From Anaerolineae bacterium (GTDB taxonomy: Bacteria > Chloroflexota > Anaerolineae > Aggregatilineales > Phototrophicaceae): a DNA stretch of 64,000 nucleotides. Made by a program: the position numbers and the translations under genes. Location: NCBI GenBank assembly GCA_041916315.1, contig JAYRZU010000112.1, forward strand, positions 67,612 to 131,611. The letters are read 5' to 3'. The notes under the pieces were generated by a model. That model saw only the letters and a list, made by a program, of their open reading frames with translations, searched no databases and had not been told where the DNA came from. Positions 9,586-19,790 of the stretch are shown one piece after another. Within the stretch, counting starts at the first letter, position 1. Every line of letters starts with the position of its first letter.

Positions 9586-11292
9586 ATGCAGAAGTTCACT
9601 CGTTTGACTGCTCTGCTGCTGTTGGTCGCGATGCTGTTCGCGGTCGTCGGTGGTGCAGCGGCGCAAGATGGCCCCAAGATTCTCGTGACCGGGCGCCAGA
9701 TGGGTTCCAGCGATATTCCGACGCTCGATCCCGCGCTGGCCGAAGACGTTCCGTCGGTTCAGGTAATCACCGAACTCTTCCCGAGCCTGCTGCGCTTGCA
9801 CGAAGAAACCGTTGAAGTTCAGAATGGTCTGGCCAGCTACAGCGTGTCGGAAGATGGTCTGGTTTACACCTTCAACATTCTGCCGAACATCTCTTGGGTT
9901 CGTTACAACGCCGACTCGGGCGCGGTCGAACAGGTGACCGATGCCAGCGGCGCGCCGCTGTACGTCACCGCGCAGGACTTTGCCTATGGCATGCTCCGCA
10001 CTCTCGATCCCGTGACCGCCGCGCCGTACCAGCTCGTCTGGGCGCCGTGGGTGGCCGGTGGCGTGGAATTCGCCGGTTCCGGTGAAGCCAGCGCCGAAGA
10101 CCAGCAGGCGCTGCGCGATGCCGTCGGCATCACCGTCGTTGACGACTGGACGCTCGAAGTGACCGTTCCGCAGGTCGCCGCTCCGACCCCGCTGATCTAC
10201 GCCCAGTGGTTCGCGATTGCGCAGCCGCAGGCCATCATCGAAGAATTCGGCGACTTCTGGATTGACCCCGAAAACATCGTTACTTACGGCCCGTTCGCCC
10301 TCAAGGAATGGGTGCGTGGTGACGGCGGCAGCCTGACCATGATCAAGAATCCGTTCTGGGAAGGCACGCCGGAAATCCCCGCCCCCGCGCTCGACGAAGT
10401 GCAGTTCCGCTTCCTCGACGAAACCGTTCAGCTCACCGAGTTCGAAGCCGGCAACCTGCAGGTTTCGGAAGCCCCCGCCGCCTCGATTGATCGCATCAAC
10501 AGCGACCCGGCTCTGAGCGCCGCGCTGCACGTTGCGCCCGGCACCTGCACCTACTACTACGGCTTCAACACGCTCGTCGCGCCGTTTGACGATGCCCGCG
10601 CTCGCCGCGCCTTCTCGATGGCGATTGACCGCCAGTCCATCGTCGACAACGTGACCCGCGAAGGTCAGATCCCCGCCTCGCTGTTCGCGCTGCCGAGCCT
10701 CGTGGCCGCCCCGACCAGCGAACAGTTCCCGGATCTCGGCATCAAGACCGATGTCGAAGCTGCCCGCGCCCTGTGGGATGAATATCTGGCCGACGTTGGC
10801 GCAACCGCCGATTCGTTCCAGATCACCATCTACCACAACGACAGCGCGCTCCATGCGTCGGTCGCGCAGGCCGTCCAGCAGATGTGGGCGGAAAACCTCG
10901 GCGTGAACGCGCAGATCACCACCGCCGACTTCGCGACGTATCTCGATCAGCGTGGCAACTACCCGGTCTACCGTGCCGCGTGGTGCTTCGACTATCCGGA
11001 TGCGCACAACTTCTACTATGACGTGCCGTTCCACAGCGATCTGATCGAAGAAAACGACACGCACTGGAGCAACGCGGAATTCGACAGCCTCATCGATCAG
11101 GCCTTCCTGCTGACCGACAACACGGAACGTGCTGCCCTGTACGCGCAGGCGGACAACATCCTCGTCAACACGGACGCGGCGATTGCCCCGATCTACTACT
11201 ATGTGACGAACGATCTGACCGCTTCGAACGTCGTCCGCACGTACTCGAACATCACCCGCGAATACTACGAAAAGTGGGACCTGACCGACTAA
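9586..11292 (+). CDS. oppA: peptide ABC transporter substrate-binding protein (family 5)
   Basis: TLDPA, SEDGLVYTF, VTAQDF, GPFALKEW, RRAFSMAIDR, W..DYPD motifs. Confidence 0.9.
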   Translation: MQKFTRLTALLLLVAMLFAVVGGAAAQDGPKILVTGRQMGSSDIPTLDPALAEDVPSVQVITELFPSLLRLHEETVEVQNGLASYSVSEDGLVYTFNILPNISWVRYNADSGAVEQVTDASGAPLYVTAQDFAYGMLRTLDPVTAAPYQLVWAPWVAGGVEFAGSGEASAEDQQALRDAVGITVVDDWTLEVTVPQVAAPTPLIYAQWFAIAQPQAIIEEFGDFWIDPENIVTYGPFALKEWVRGDGGSLTMIKNPFWEGTPEIPAPALDEVQFRFLDETVQLTEFEAGNLQVSEAPAASIDRINSDPALSAALHVAPGTCTYYYGFNTLVAPFDDARARRAFSMAIDRQSIVDNVTREGQIPASLFALPSLVAAPTSEQFPDLGIKTDVEAARALWDEYLADVGATADSFQITIYHNDSALHASVAQAVQQMWAENLGVNAQITTADFATYLDQRGNYPVYRAAWCFDYPDAHNFYYDVPFHSDLIEENDTHWSNAEFDSLIDQAFLLTDNTERAALYAQADNILVNTDAAIAPIYYYVTNDLTASNVVRTYSNITREYYEKWDLTD

Positions 11293-11335
11293 TTCGGTCG
11301 GACAGCCTGCAAAGTTAGTTGTAAGGGCAAGGCCG

Positions 11336-11467
11336 GAGCGTGTTGAAGAAAGTCAGGTTCCGACCCCACCCCCGGCCCCTCCCCGAATTCGGGGAGGGGC
11401 GACAGATTTCCCCTCGCCCACACAAGCGGGGCGAGGGGGCGAGGGTGAGGGGTTTTTAAACACGCTC
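11336..11467. mobile_element. MITE-like element with GAGCGTGTT(G/T)AA terminal inverted repeats, inserted in a REP apex
   Basis: Left end gagcgtgttgaagaa, right end tttttaaacacgctc; flanks gtaagggcaaggccg and tgccttgcc reconstitute a REP hairpin. Confidence 0.7.
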
Positions 11468-11551
11468 TGCCTTGCCTGACGCGGGTAGAAAGTTTTTCAC
11501 GGGGGACATGACAGTTGTGCATGTCCCTCATGCTCAGTGAGGGGTCGCACT

Positions 11552-12565
11552 ATGGCACGCTTTGTAGCGCAGCGGTTTTTGTGGTTGTTGTTGGTGCTGT
11601 TCGTCGTCTCGGCGATCACGTTTGGGCTGATGCGCTTGGTGCCGGGGGGACCGTTCGCGACCGAACGCGGCGTCCCAGAAACGATCCTCCGTGCCTTGGA
11701 AGAAAAATATAACCTGACGGGGACGCTGCCGGAGCAGTATCTCAAGTGGATCGGTGATATCGTCGTCCCCCGCATCACGGACGAGACCTTCCGCCCGTCC
11801 GCTGTCGACGATTATTTGATCAATATCCGCCTCGACTTTATCCGACCTGATACTGATTTTCGCTGGATGAATTTTGGCCCGTCGCTGCGTATCCGCAGCC
11901 GCACGGTGAACAATATTTTTGAGGAAAACCTGCCGATTTCGCTCCAGCTCGGCACGGCGGCGCTCATGGTGGCGATGGCGATTGGCATTCCGGCGGGCAT
12001 CATTGCCGCGCTGAATCGCAACACCATCTACGATTATACGGGCATGGGCGTCGCGATTATTGGCGTGTCCATCCCGGTGATCATCATGGGGCCGCTGCTG
12101 CAATACTTATTTGGTGTACAGTGGCACGTGCTGCCCGTCTCCGGGTGGGGCAAACCGGAGAACGTGATTTTGCCCGCGTTCGCCCTCGGTTTCGCGCAGT
12201 CGGCCTTGTTAGCCCGCCTGACCCGCGCCAGCCTGCTGCAAGTCATGAACGAAGACTATATCCGCACCGCTCGCGCCAAAGGCTTGAGCGAACGGATAGT
12301 GGTGCTCTTTCACGCGCTCAAAAACTCGCTGATCCCGGTCGTGACCGTGCTCGGCCCGCTGTTCGCGGCGCTGCTCACCGGGACGTTCGTCACTGAAACG
12401 ATCTTTGGCATCCCCGGCATGGGGCGCTTCTTCGTCACCAGCGTCACCAACCGCGACTATCCCGTCATCATGGGCACAATTCTGCTCTACGCAGGCTTTT
12501 TGGTGCTCGCCAACATGGTCGTAGACATTCTCTATGCGTGGCTTGACCCGCGCATCCGTTATTAA
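11552..12565 (+). CDS. oppB: peptide ABC transporter permease
   Basis: LVPGGPF, EAA-like loop EDYIRTARAKGL, RDYP, LDPRIR. Confidence 0.92.
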   Translation: MARFVAQRFLWLLLVLFVVSAITFGLMRLVPGGPFATERGVPETILRALEEKYNLTGTLPEQYLKWIGDIVVPRITDETFRPSAVDDYLINIRLDFIRPDTDFRWMNFGPSLRIRSRTVNNIFEENLPISLQLGTAALMVAMAIGIPAGIIAALNRNTIYDYTGMGVAIIGVSIPVIIMGPLLQYLFGVQWHVLPVSGWGKPENVILPAFALGFAQSALLARLTRASLLQVMNEDYIRTARAKGLSERIVVLFHALKNSLIPVVTVLGPLFAALLTGTFVTETIFGIPGMGRFFVTSVTNRDYPVIMGTILLYAGFLVLANMVVDILYAWLDPRIRY

Positions 12566-12580
12566 GTCGAGAGGCATCCG

Positions 12581-13618
12581 ATGGCTGTCGTACAACAGAG
12601 TAAAAATCAGGGTGTGGCCAAACTGGACAGCCGCCCGCAGGGTGAAAGCTTGTGGGTGGATGCGTGGCGGCGCTTGCGGCGCAATCGCATGGCGGTGCTG
12701 GGTCTCTTCATCATCATCGCAGCCCTGCTGGTCGCGGCGCTCGCGCCCGTCCTCGCGCCGAAATCACCGGACAAGCAGGTGCTGGCGGATAACAACTCCG
12801 CGCCCCGCTGGGTGACGCAGTTGTTCCCCAGCATGCGCCCGCGTGATGAAGGCGGCTATGTGCCGATCAACGATGCCTACCCGATTGGCGCGGATGGTCT
12901 GGGGCGCGATCTGCTGAGCCGCATCATCTTTGGGACGCGCGTCTCGCTGGCGGTCGCCTTCATCGGCCCACTCTCGGCGATGCTCGTCGGCATTCCCTTC
13001 GGCTTAATCGCTGGCTACCTCGGCGGGCGCGCGGACAACATCATGATGCGCTTTGTCGACATCATGTACGCCTTCCCCACGCTGCTGCTGATCATTTTGC
13101 TCATGGCGTTCTTCCGGTCGAGCACCGCGCAAAATGCGCCGGGGACCTTCGCCTATGAACTCGGTCGATTAGATGCGGCGATGGGCGGCATGCTGTTCAT
13201 CGCGGTCGGCGTCGGTTTCACGTCGTGGATGGGGCTGGCGCGACTCGTGCGCGGTCAAATCCTCTCCGTGCGCGAAAAAGAATACATCGAAGCGGCGCGG
13301 TCGATGGGCGTGGGCACGCGCGGCATCATGTTCCGGCATATGCTGCCCAACATCCTCGGCCCGATCATCGTCGCGGAGACGCTGACTATCCCGACTTACA
13401 TCTCGTATGAGGCATTCTTGTCGTTCATCGGCTTGGGTGTGCAAGCACCAACGCCGAGCTGGGGCGGCATGATCGCGGAAGGCGCGCGCAACATCACGTC
13501 GTACCCGTCGCAAGCGATCTTCCCGGCGGTCGCGCTGTTCCTGATCATGTTCGCGTTCAACTTCCTCGGCGACGGTCTGCGCGACGCGCTCGACCCCCGT
13601 ATGCGCGGCGTGGACTAA
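12581..13618 (+). CDS. oppC: peptide ABC transporter permease
   Basis: GADGLGRDLLSR, EYIEAARSMG, PSWG, GDGLRDALDP. Confidence 0.92.
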   Translation: MAVVQQSKNQGVAKLDSRPQGESLWVDAWRRLRRNRMAVLGLFIIIAALLVAALAPVLAPKSPDKQVLADNNSAPRWVTQLFPSMRPRDEGGYVPINDAYPIGADGLGRDLLSRIIFGTRVSLAVAFIGPLSAMLVGIPFGLIAGYLGGRADNIMMRFVDIMYAFPTLLLIILLMAFFRSSTAQNAPGTFAYELGRLDAAMGGMLFIAVGVGFTSWMGLARLVRGQILSVREKEYIEAARSMGVGTRGIMFRHMLPNILGPIIVAETLTIPTYISYEAFLSFIGLGVQAPTPSWGGMIAEGARNITSYPSQAIFPAVALFLIMFAFNFLGDGLRDALDPRMRGVD

Positions 13619-13624
13619 AAAACT

Positions 13625-13905
13625 GACCCCACCCCCGGCCCCTCCCCGAATTCGGGGAGGGGAGCCAGATAAGGCACTCGCCAACCCCAATGTGTTGCGT
13701 AGGAACGCGATTTATCGCGTCCGCCGATTCCTATCAATGACGCCAACCCATAGGCGGCTTCTTCAACCCCATCAGAACTCGACTTTTTTATTGCCGCTGG
13801 ACACACGTTCAATTGGCTGCGAGCAGCGGACGCGCAGAAGCGCGTCCCTACCAATTTAAACTTGGCGCCTTCGCGTCTTGGCGCCTTGACGTTGAATCTT
13901 GGCTT
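13625..13905. repeat. CCCC/GGGG hairpin repeat, REP pair and an 8-mer tandem (CTTGGCGC/CTTCGCGT)
   Basis: ccccacccccggcccctccccgaattcggggagggg; gtaggaacgcgatttatcgcgtcc; cttggcgccttcgcgtcttggcgccttgacgt. Confidence 0.75.
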
Positions 13906-13907
13906 CT

Positions 13908-14405
13908 TTAAATCTTCTTCTCTTCTTTGAGGCGATCCGCGAAGACGTCGAGATGCGCGCTGTGTTCGCGTTTGTGCCCGTAGAACGAGTACACGATGAA
14001 GTCATCGAGCGCGTAGTCGGTCCCGTACCACGGCAGCGTCCCCACCTGTGACCAGATGGCCGGATCTACACCCTGCGCGACCGCCAGCACCCGCTGATGC
14101 GCCGCAGCATATTCGTCGAGCACGGCGTCGAGCCTCCACGTTTGCCGCAGCCCCACCTGCGAGTCGTTGAAGGCATACGGACCGCCCGTGCCCAGCTCGG
14201 TTGTCAGCGGCACGGGGATCGGAGTGTCGGTGAAGCCGCTCAAAATCTCTTCGAGCAGCACTTCGTACGAGGCCAGATGCGCCACAATCTGTTTGACCGA
14301 CCACCAACCGCACACGCCCTCGCGTTCCCGCTCAGCGGGCGGGATGCGTGCGAGCGCCGCCTGCCAGGTTGCCTCACCATAGCGCAGTACATCTAACGGA
14401 TTCAT
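13908..14405 (-). CDS. DinB/ClbS-DfsB family four-helix-bundle protein
   Basis: WSVKQIVAHLASYE and GHKREH..HL metal-binding His motifs. Confidence 0.75.
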   Translation of the reverse strand: MNPLDVLRYGEATWQAALARIPPAEREREGVCGWWSVKQIVAHLASYEVLLEEILSGFTDTPIPVPLTTELGTGGPYAFNDSQVGLRQTWRLDAVLDEYAAAHQRVLAVAQGVDPAIWSQVGTLPWYGTDYALDDFIVYSFYGHKREHSAHLDVFADRLKEEKKI

Positions 14406-14476
14406 GTTCACACCTTTATAGTTTTGCTCACTATAGCATCGAATACCGCCATTCGGGTCGGTTTGTTTTCTGTTAC

Positions 14477-14534
14477 TTGACGGCGTCGATGAAGACTAAT
14501 ATCATTAGTCTTATGAAGTCTAATCACGTTAGTC
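14477..14534 (+). promoter_or_regulatory. sigma70 promoter overlapped by two palindromic operators, probably for the downstream TetR
   Basis: TTGACG-17bp-TATCAT; palindrome gactaat-atc-attagtc (14494-14510) and variant gtctaatcacgttagtc (14518-14534). Confidence 0.7.
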
Positions 14535-14549
14535 TTTGCGAGGTCAATC

Positions 14550-14948
14550 ATGTTTCAACCAGTGAATTCCGCACAATCCACCGTCCGCGCTCCACTCAGC
14601 GGCCCGAATCTGGCGCTGCGGCTGGAGGGCTTAGTCGTTTTCATCGGTGCCATTCTGTTGTTCTGGCAGCAGGGGGGGAACGGGCTGATCTTCGTCGCGC
14701 TGCTGTTCACGCCGGATCTGTCGATGGTCGGCTATCTCGCTAATCCACGCCTCGGCGCGCTGACCTACAACGCCGTGCACATGTATCTGCTGCCCGCGTT
14801 CCTGCTGCTGGTCGGTGTGGCGCTGAGCAACCCGGTGCTGATCCAGCTCGCGGCGATCTGGTTTGCGCACATTGGCATAGATCGCACCGTGGGCTACGGG
14901 CTAAAATACGCGTCGGCCTTCAAAGCGACGCATTTACAGCGAGTCTAA
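14550..14948 (+). CDS. DUF4260 family membrane protein
   Basis: LRLEG, PDLSMVGYL, YNAVH, AHIGIDR..GYGLKY...F..THL. Confidence 0.85.
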   Translation: MFQPVNSAQSTVRAPLSGPNLALRLEGLVVFIGAILLFWQQGGNGLIFVALLFTPDLSMVGYLANPRLGALTYNAVHMYLLPAFLLLVGVALSNPVLIQLAAIWFAHIGIDRTVGYGLKYASAFKATHLQRV

Positions 14949-14952
14949 GACC

Positions 14953-15510
14953 ATGCCCTATCCCGCTCAAGTCCAAGCCGTTGAACTTACCGAGAAAGCC
15001 CGTGAGCTGATCGAGTCTGAAGGACTCGACCGGCTCACGCTGGCGTCACTGGCGGCGGCCTTCGGGATCGCCGCGCCGTCGCTGTATCACCACTTCAAAA
15101 ACAAGATGGCGCTGCTCGTCGCGGTCAACGAGCGCACGGGCGCGCTGCTCGTCGAGCAGGTGCAGTCGTCCATCGCGCACACGGACGACCCGCGCGCCCG
15201 CATCAGCGTCATGCTGCACGCCTACCGCGCGTTTGCGCTGGCTAATCCGGCGACCTACGGACTGGCCTTCACCAATACGATCCCCGGTCTGCAGCTCGAT
15301 CCCGCTTTCGCCGAGGCGCTGGCGCTGCCCCTGCAAGCGACGGTCGCGGGACTGGTGGGCGCGGAAGCGGCGCTCCCGGCGCTGCGCGGTGGCTGGGCGC
15401 TGGTGCATGGCTTCGTGATGCTCGAACTCAGCGGGCAGTTTCGACGCGGCGGGGATCTCGACGCGGCCTTTGCCCACGCCGTTACCACCTATATTCGCGG
15501 TTTGGCGTAA
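14953..15510 (+). CDS. TetR/AcrR regulator with WHG C-terminal domain
   Basis: HTH APSLYHHFKNK; WALVHGF..LE. Confidence 0.9.
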   Translation: MPYPAQVQAVELTEKARELIESEGLDRLTLASLAAAFGIAAPSLYHHFKNKMALLVAVNERTGALLVEQVQSSIAHTDDPRARISVMLHAYRAFALANPATYGLAFTNTIPGLQLDPAFAEALALPLQATVAGLVGAEAALPALRGGWALVHGFVMLELSGQFRRGGDLDAAFAHAVTTYIRGLA

Positions 15511-15608
15511 ACCTCGGACGCCGTTGCAAGCGCAGCGACCATCCCGATTCATCCTCCGATTGTTGCAAGCAGCGCCACAGGCTGAAGCTTGCTCGTGAAG
15601 TCTTTCCG

Positions 15609-15710
15609 TTAGCACTCGTATAAGAAATGTGCTAGAAATGCTTGACGCTTTGAGGGTGTTTTGCTATATTTCTGATCGATGGTTTAGCACTCTCACTGAC
15701 TTAGTGCTAA
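15609..15710 (+). promoter_or_regulatory. two CIRCE (HrcA) operators flanking a sigma70 promoter of groESL
   Basis: TTAGCACTC-N9-ATGTGCTAG (15609-15635) and TTAGCACTC-N9-TAGTGCTAA (15684-15710); TTGACG(15642)-17bp-TATATT(15665) with extended -10 TG. Confidence 0.9.
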
Positions 15711-15750
15711 AACCCTTTCCAGAAGCGTGTTGCAAGAGGAGATTTCATTT

Positions 15751-16047
15751 ATGGCTCTCAACATTCGTCCATTGGCGGATCGTATCATCGTTGAACCGGT
15801 CGAACAAGAAGAAACGATTGCTGGCGGTATGCTCGTCCTGCCCGAAACGGCGAAGGAAAAGCCGCAGCAGGGCCTCGTCCTCGCCGCTGGCGCTGGCCGC
15901 CGCGATGAAGACGGCGAACGCATCGACATGGATGTGAAGGTCGGCGACCGGGTGCTGTTCGCGAAATATGCCGGCACCGAAATCAAGATGGACGGCAAGA
16001 AACTGTTGATCATGAAGGAAAGCGACATTCTCGGCATCATCGAGTAA
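15751..16047 (+). CDS. groES: co-chaperonin GroES
   Basis: [33 protein letters not shown]. Confidence 0.97.
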   Translation: MALNIRPLADRIIVEPVEQEETIAGGMLVLPETAKEKPQQGLVLAAGAGRRDEDGERIDMDVKVGDRVLFAKYAGTEIKMDGKKLLIMKESDILGIIE

Positions 16048-16103
16048 ATGTCGTTTTTATTTGACGCACGATAACCCAGCGAACATTCAGGAGAGAATAA
16101 CCA

Positions 16104-17738
16104 ATGCCTGCTAAACAGCTTATCTTCCGCGAAGAAGCTCGTCGCGGTCTTCAGCGTGGTGTCGACAAAGTTGCCGAAGCCGTCTCGACGACGCTCGGCC
16201 CCAAGGGTCGCAATGTGGCGCTCGACAAGAAGTTCGGCGCGCCGACCGTCACCCACGACGGCGTCACCGTGGCCAAGGAAATTGAACTCGAAGATCCGTA
16301 TGAAAACATGGGCGCGCAGCTTCTGAAGGAAGCCGCGACCAAGACCAACGATATCGCCGGTGACGGCACGACGACCGCGACCGTTCTGGCGCAGGCCATC
16401 GTCAACGAAGGTCTGAAGAACGTGGCGGCGGGCGCGAACCCGATGCTGCTCAAGCGCGGCATCATGGCGGCGGCGGAAGCCATCGCTGCGAACCTGAAGA
16501 CGCAGGCCACCCAGATCAGCACCAAGGAAGAAATTGCCAACGTTGCCAGCGTTTCGGCGCAGGACTTCGAAATCGGTAACCTGATTGCCGAAGTCATGGA
16601 CAAGGTTGGTAAGGACGGCGTGGTGACGGTTGAAGAATCGCGTGGTCTGGAATTCGAAACCGAATACGTCGAAGGTATGCAGTTCGACCGCGGCTACATC
16701 AGCGCGTACTTCGTCACCAACACCGACTCGATGGAAGCGATTGTCGAAGAACCGTACATCCTGATCTACGACAAGAAGATCAGCGCGGCGCAGGACATCG
16801 TGCCCCTGCTCGAAAAGCTCGTGCAGATCGGCAAGCGTGATGTCGTCATCATCGCGGAAGATGTCGACGGCGAAGCGCTGGCGACCCTCGTGCTGAACAA
16901 GCTGCGCGGCATGCTCAACGTGCTCGCGATCAAGGCCCCCGGCTTCGGCGATCGCCGCAAGGCGATGCTGCGTGACATCGCCATCCTGACGGGCGGCACG
17001 GTCATCAGCGAAGAAACCGGCCGCAAGCTGGAAACCGTTACGCTGCAGGACCTCGGTCGCGCGGCGAAGGTGCAGGCGACCAAGGACGACACGACCGTCG
17101 TCGACGGCGCGGGCGATGAGAAGGCCATCAAGGGCCGTATCGAAGAGATCCGCAAGGAAATCGAACTCAGCACCAGCGACTACGACAAGGAAAAGCTGCA
17201 GGAACGTCTGGCCAAGCTGTCGGGCGGCGTCGCAGTGATCCGCGTTGGCGCGGCGACTGAAACCGAACTGAAGGAAAAGAAGCACCGCGTGGAAGACGCC
17301 CTGAGCGCCACCCGTGCCGCGGTTGAAGAAGGTATCGTCCCCGGTGGTGGTGTCGCGCTCGTGAACGCGATCCCCTCGCTGGAAGGCGTCCGCTTCGAAA
17401 CCGAAGATGAAAACACGGGCGTGCAGATTGTCCGCCGCGCGCTGGAAGTGCCGATGAAGAAGATCGCTGCGAACGCCGGGATCGACGGCGCGGTGGTCAT
17501 TCAGGAAGTGCGCCGCCAGCAGAAGGAACAGGGCAATCACAACATCGGTTACAATGTCATGACCAACCAGTACGGCGACATGATCCAGGCGGGCATCCCC
17601 GACCCGGCGAAGGTCACCCGTGGTGCGGTGGAAAACGCGGCGTCGATCGCCTCGATGATCCTCACCACCGAAGTGCTGATCACCGATGTCCCGGTTAAGG
17701 AATCCGCTGCGCCTGCGCCGCAGATGCCGGAATACTAA
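16104..17738 (+). CDS. groEL: chaperonin GroEL
   Basis: [37 protein letters not shown]. Confidence 0.98.
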   Translation: MPAKQLIFREEARRGLQRGVDKVAEAVSTTLGPKGRNVALDKKFGAPTVTHDGVTVAKEIELEDPYENMGAQLLKEAATKTNDIAGDGTTTATVLAQAIVNEGLKNVAAGANPMLLKRGIMAAAEAIAANLKTQATQISTKEEIANVASVSAQDFEIGNLIAEVMDKVGKDGVVTVEESRGLEFETEYVEGMQFDRGYISAYFVTNTDSMEAIVEEPYILIYDKKISAAQDIVPLLEKLVQIGKRDVVIIAEDVDGEALATLVLNKLRGMLNVLAIKAPGFGDRRKAMLRDIAILTGGTVISEETGRKLETVTLQDLGRAAKVQATKDDTTVVDGAGDEKAIKGRIEEIRKEIELSTSDYDKEKLQERLAKLSGGVAVIRVGAATETELKEKKHRVEDALSATRAAVEEGIVPGGGVALVNAIPSLEGVRFETEDENTGVQIVRRALEVPMKKIAANAGIDGAVVIQEVRRQQKEQGNHNIGYNVMTNQYGDMIQAGIPDPAKVTRGAVENAASIASMILTTEVLITDVPVKESAAPAPQMPEY

Positions 17739-17797
17739 AACTCAACCTCACCCCCAATCCCTCTCCCAAGGGAGAGGGGAGTTGTGCGGGCGGGTTC

Positions 17798-17830
17798 AAA
17801 AGGGCGACCTCATACGGGGTCGCCCTTTTT
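17798..17830 (+). terminator. intrinsic terminator of groESL
   Basis: aaaagggcgacc-tcatacg-gggtcgccc-tttttt. Confidence 0.85.
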
Positions 17831-17907
17831 GATTCTTGACTGCTAACATACTGGAACTGCCGTGTTTTACGTATACTCTGTACATCTGGCGGCTGCAGGA
17901 AAATCCC

Positions 17908-18441
17908 ATGGATGTCATTACCGAACGTTTGTTGATCCGCGATATTGAAGAAGCTGATTTTGCCGGGCTGCACGCCTTTCGCTCTGACCCGCAAGCCGTC
18001 GCCTTCATGGACTTTGGCCCCGACACGCCGGAGCAGACGCGTGAGTGGATCACGGCTACGATTCCGCATAACCGCCGTCAGCCGCGCCTGTCGCACAACT
18101 GCTCGATCATTCTGCGGAGCACGGGCGAAGTCATGGGCTGGATCGGCATCGGACGGTCGTCCCGAACTGAGTTAGGCGATCAGGATTTTGGCTACGGATT
18201 AGCCCGCGCCTACTGGGGCTGTGGTTATATGACCGAAGCCGTGCAAGCTCTGCTCACCTTTGCTTTCACCGAACTGAAGGCTCAGACGGTTTTTGCCGAA
18301 TGCTATGTGCCTAATACAGCCTCAGCGCGTGTCATGGAAAAAGCCGGGATGCAGTGTGTCGGACGGTTCGCTAAGCCAAACCCAGTCATTCCAACCAAAG
18401 CCGAGATTTTGCGCTTTGTCGCCCACGCGCCGACAAGCTGA
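17908..18441 (+). CDS. RimJ/RimL-type GNAT acetyltransferase
   Basis: TERLLIR, GYGLARAYWGCGYMTEA, NTASARVMEKAGM. Confidence 0.88.
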   Translation: MDVITERLLIRDIEEADFAGLHAFRSDPQAVAFMDFGPDTPEQTREWITATIPHNRRQPRLSHNCSIILRSTGEVMGWIGIGRSSRTELGDQDFGYGLARAYWGCGYMTEAVQALLTFAFTELKAQTVFAECYVPNTASARVMEKAGMQCVGRFAKPNPVIPTKAEILRFVAHAPTS

Positions 18442-18553
18442 TCGAAACAACTTAACCTCGAAGCCAGCAATCCCATACGCCTCGTTCTGGCTGATTCTGC
18501 GAATAATGCAGCCACAGGGACATGGCAGTCGGCGCCAAAAACAAGCGAGACGC

Positions 18554-19312
18554 TCACAAATGAGCGACTGACACTTCACCCACCAGCAGCCGCCCACAGG
18601 GCAGAAAGCCCGCTTTTTCGAGCGTTCGGCGCGAGGCCAGATTATCCGGGCTGCAGCGGGCGGTGGGCTTCTTCCCGGCCTCGTAGCAGACCCGCTTCAG
18701 CTCCTGCACCAGAAAACTGCCGTACCCCTGCCGCCGAACCGTTGGCGAGACTTCCATGAAAATGTCAGCGTAGGGCGGGTTATAGTGCGTCAGGTAGCCG
18801 CCCGTCGCCACAATGCCGCTCTCCGTCTCGATGACCCATTCGCCAACGGGTTCCTGTGTATGCGGGAAGATCAGCGGTTGATCCGCCGCCGTCGCCCGCC
18901 GAAACATCCCCTCCGGACACTCCAAATGGCTCTCAGCCGCATTCTGAAACAGAATCGCCTCACTGGTGATGTGCTGCGCGCAGTCATAGAGCATCAGCAG
19001 CATGAGCGGCAGGTTGGTCTGCGCCTGAATATGTGTCGCCTGACTGACGGCGAGCAGTTCGCGAAAGATCGGCAAGGCGTGGCGGCGTAAGGGCGGCACC
19101 ACATAGTATTCGAGTACATGACCGGTGTTGTAGCGCGTTCCGACTGTCCCATAACCCGCCAGCCGACCATCGACCCACAGGAGGTAGGCCTGGGCAAAAC
19201 CGCGCACCAACGCCGAATCGCGCACAATCTGCGCGTTGGCCTCCTGCCGATAGAGTTCACGGAACGCTTGAACATCGGCGTAGGCTGCCGAACGAACTTC
19301 GATACTGGTCAT
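18554..19312 (-). CDS. GNAT family acetyltransferase
   Basis: RRQGYGS acetyl-CoA motif, NLASRRTLEKAGF. Confidence 0.85.
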   Translation of the reverse strand: MTSIEVRSAAYADVQAFRELYRQEANAQIVRDSALVRGFAQAYLLWVDGRLAGYGTVGTRYNTGHVLEYYVVPPLRRHALPIFRELLAVSQATHIQAQTNLPLMLLMLYDCAQHITSEAILFQNAAESHLECPEGMFRRATAADQPLIFPHTQEPVGEWVIETESGIVATGGYLTHYNPPYADIFMEVSPTVRRQGYGSFLVQELKRVCYEAGKKPTARCSPDNLASRRTLEKAGFLPCGRLLVGEVSVAHL

Positions 19313-19423
19313 GGCATCCCCGGATCAGTCAGCACCAAGCGTGATTATAGTTCTGGAAGCTGTGAACCGCAGAGCGGCGAGAAAATGCTATGATAGAGGG
19401 TGAGAGTGGAAAGGTTAGGGACG

Positions 19424-19744
19424 ATGGTCGTGAATGTAGCTGAAACAGTCGCCGTACCGCTGCGCGTGCAGAACGACATCATCTATATGGCGAACACCCG
19501 CATCCCGATTGATACGGTGATTGATCGCTATCGACTAGGTGATTCACCTGAACATATCCAAGAAGGCTTCCCAACGCTGAAGTTGACTGATGTCTATTTT
19601 GCCATTAGCTACTATTTAGCGAATCAGGCGCAAATGGATGCCTACTTGCAAGAACGAGACCGTCACATGGAAGAACTACGTCTGGAAGATGAACGGCGTA
19701 ATCCGACAGACGGACTTCGCGAAAAACTGCTGAAACGGCTTTGA
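19424..19744 (+). CDS. DUF433 domain protein (antitoxin-like)
   Basis: NTRIPIDTVI..Y..G.SPE.I...FPTL.L.DVY.AISYYL. Confidence 0.85.
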   Translation: MVVNVAETVAVPLRVQNDIIYMANTRIPIDTVIDRYRLGDSPEHIQEGFPTLKLTDVYFAISYYLANQAQMDAYLQERDRHMEELRLEDERRNPTDGLREKLLKRL

Positions 19745-19790
19745 GGAATTCATAAAAGAAGTTAATTGGCGAGAAACCAGAGAAAATGCG

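Noticed and set aside
15693-17540. 615-aa ORF antisense to groEL, and similar long antisense ORFs over oppA, dnaN, apgM, the GH1 gene and 54690-55805
   Set aside because: Shadow ORFs expected from GC-rich, biased codon usage opposite well-supported genes; no motifs of their own.
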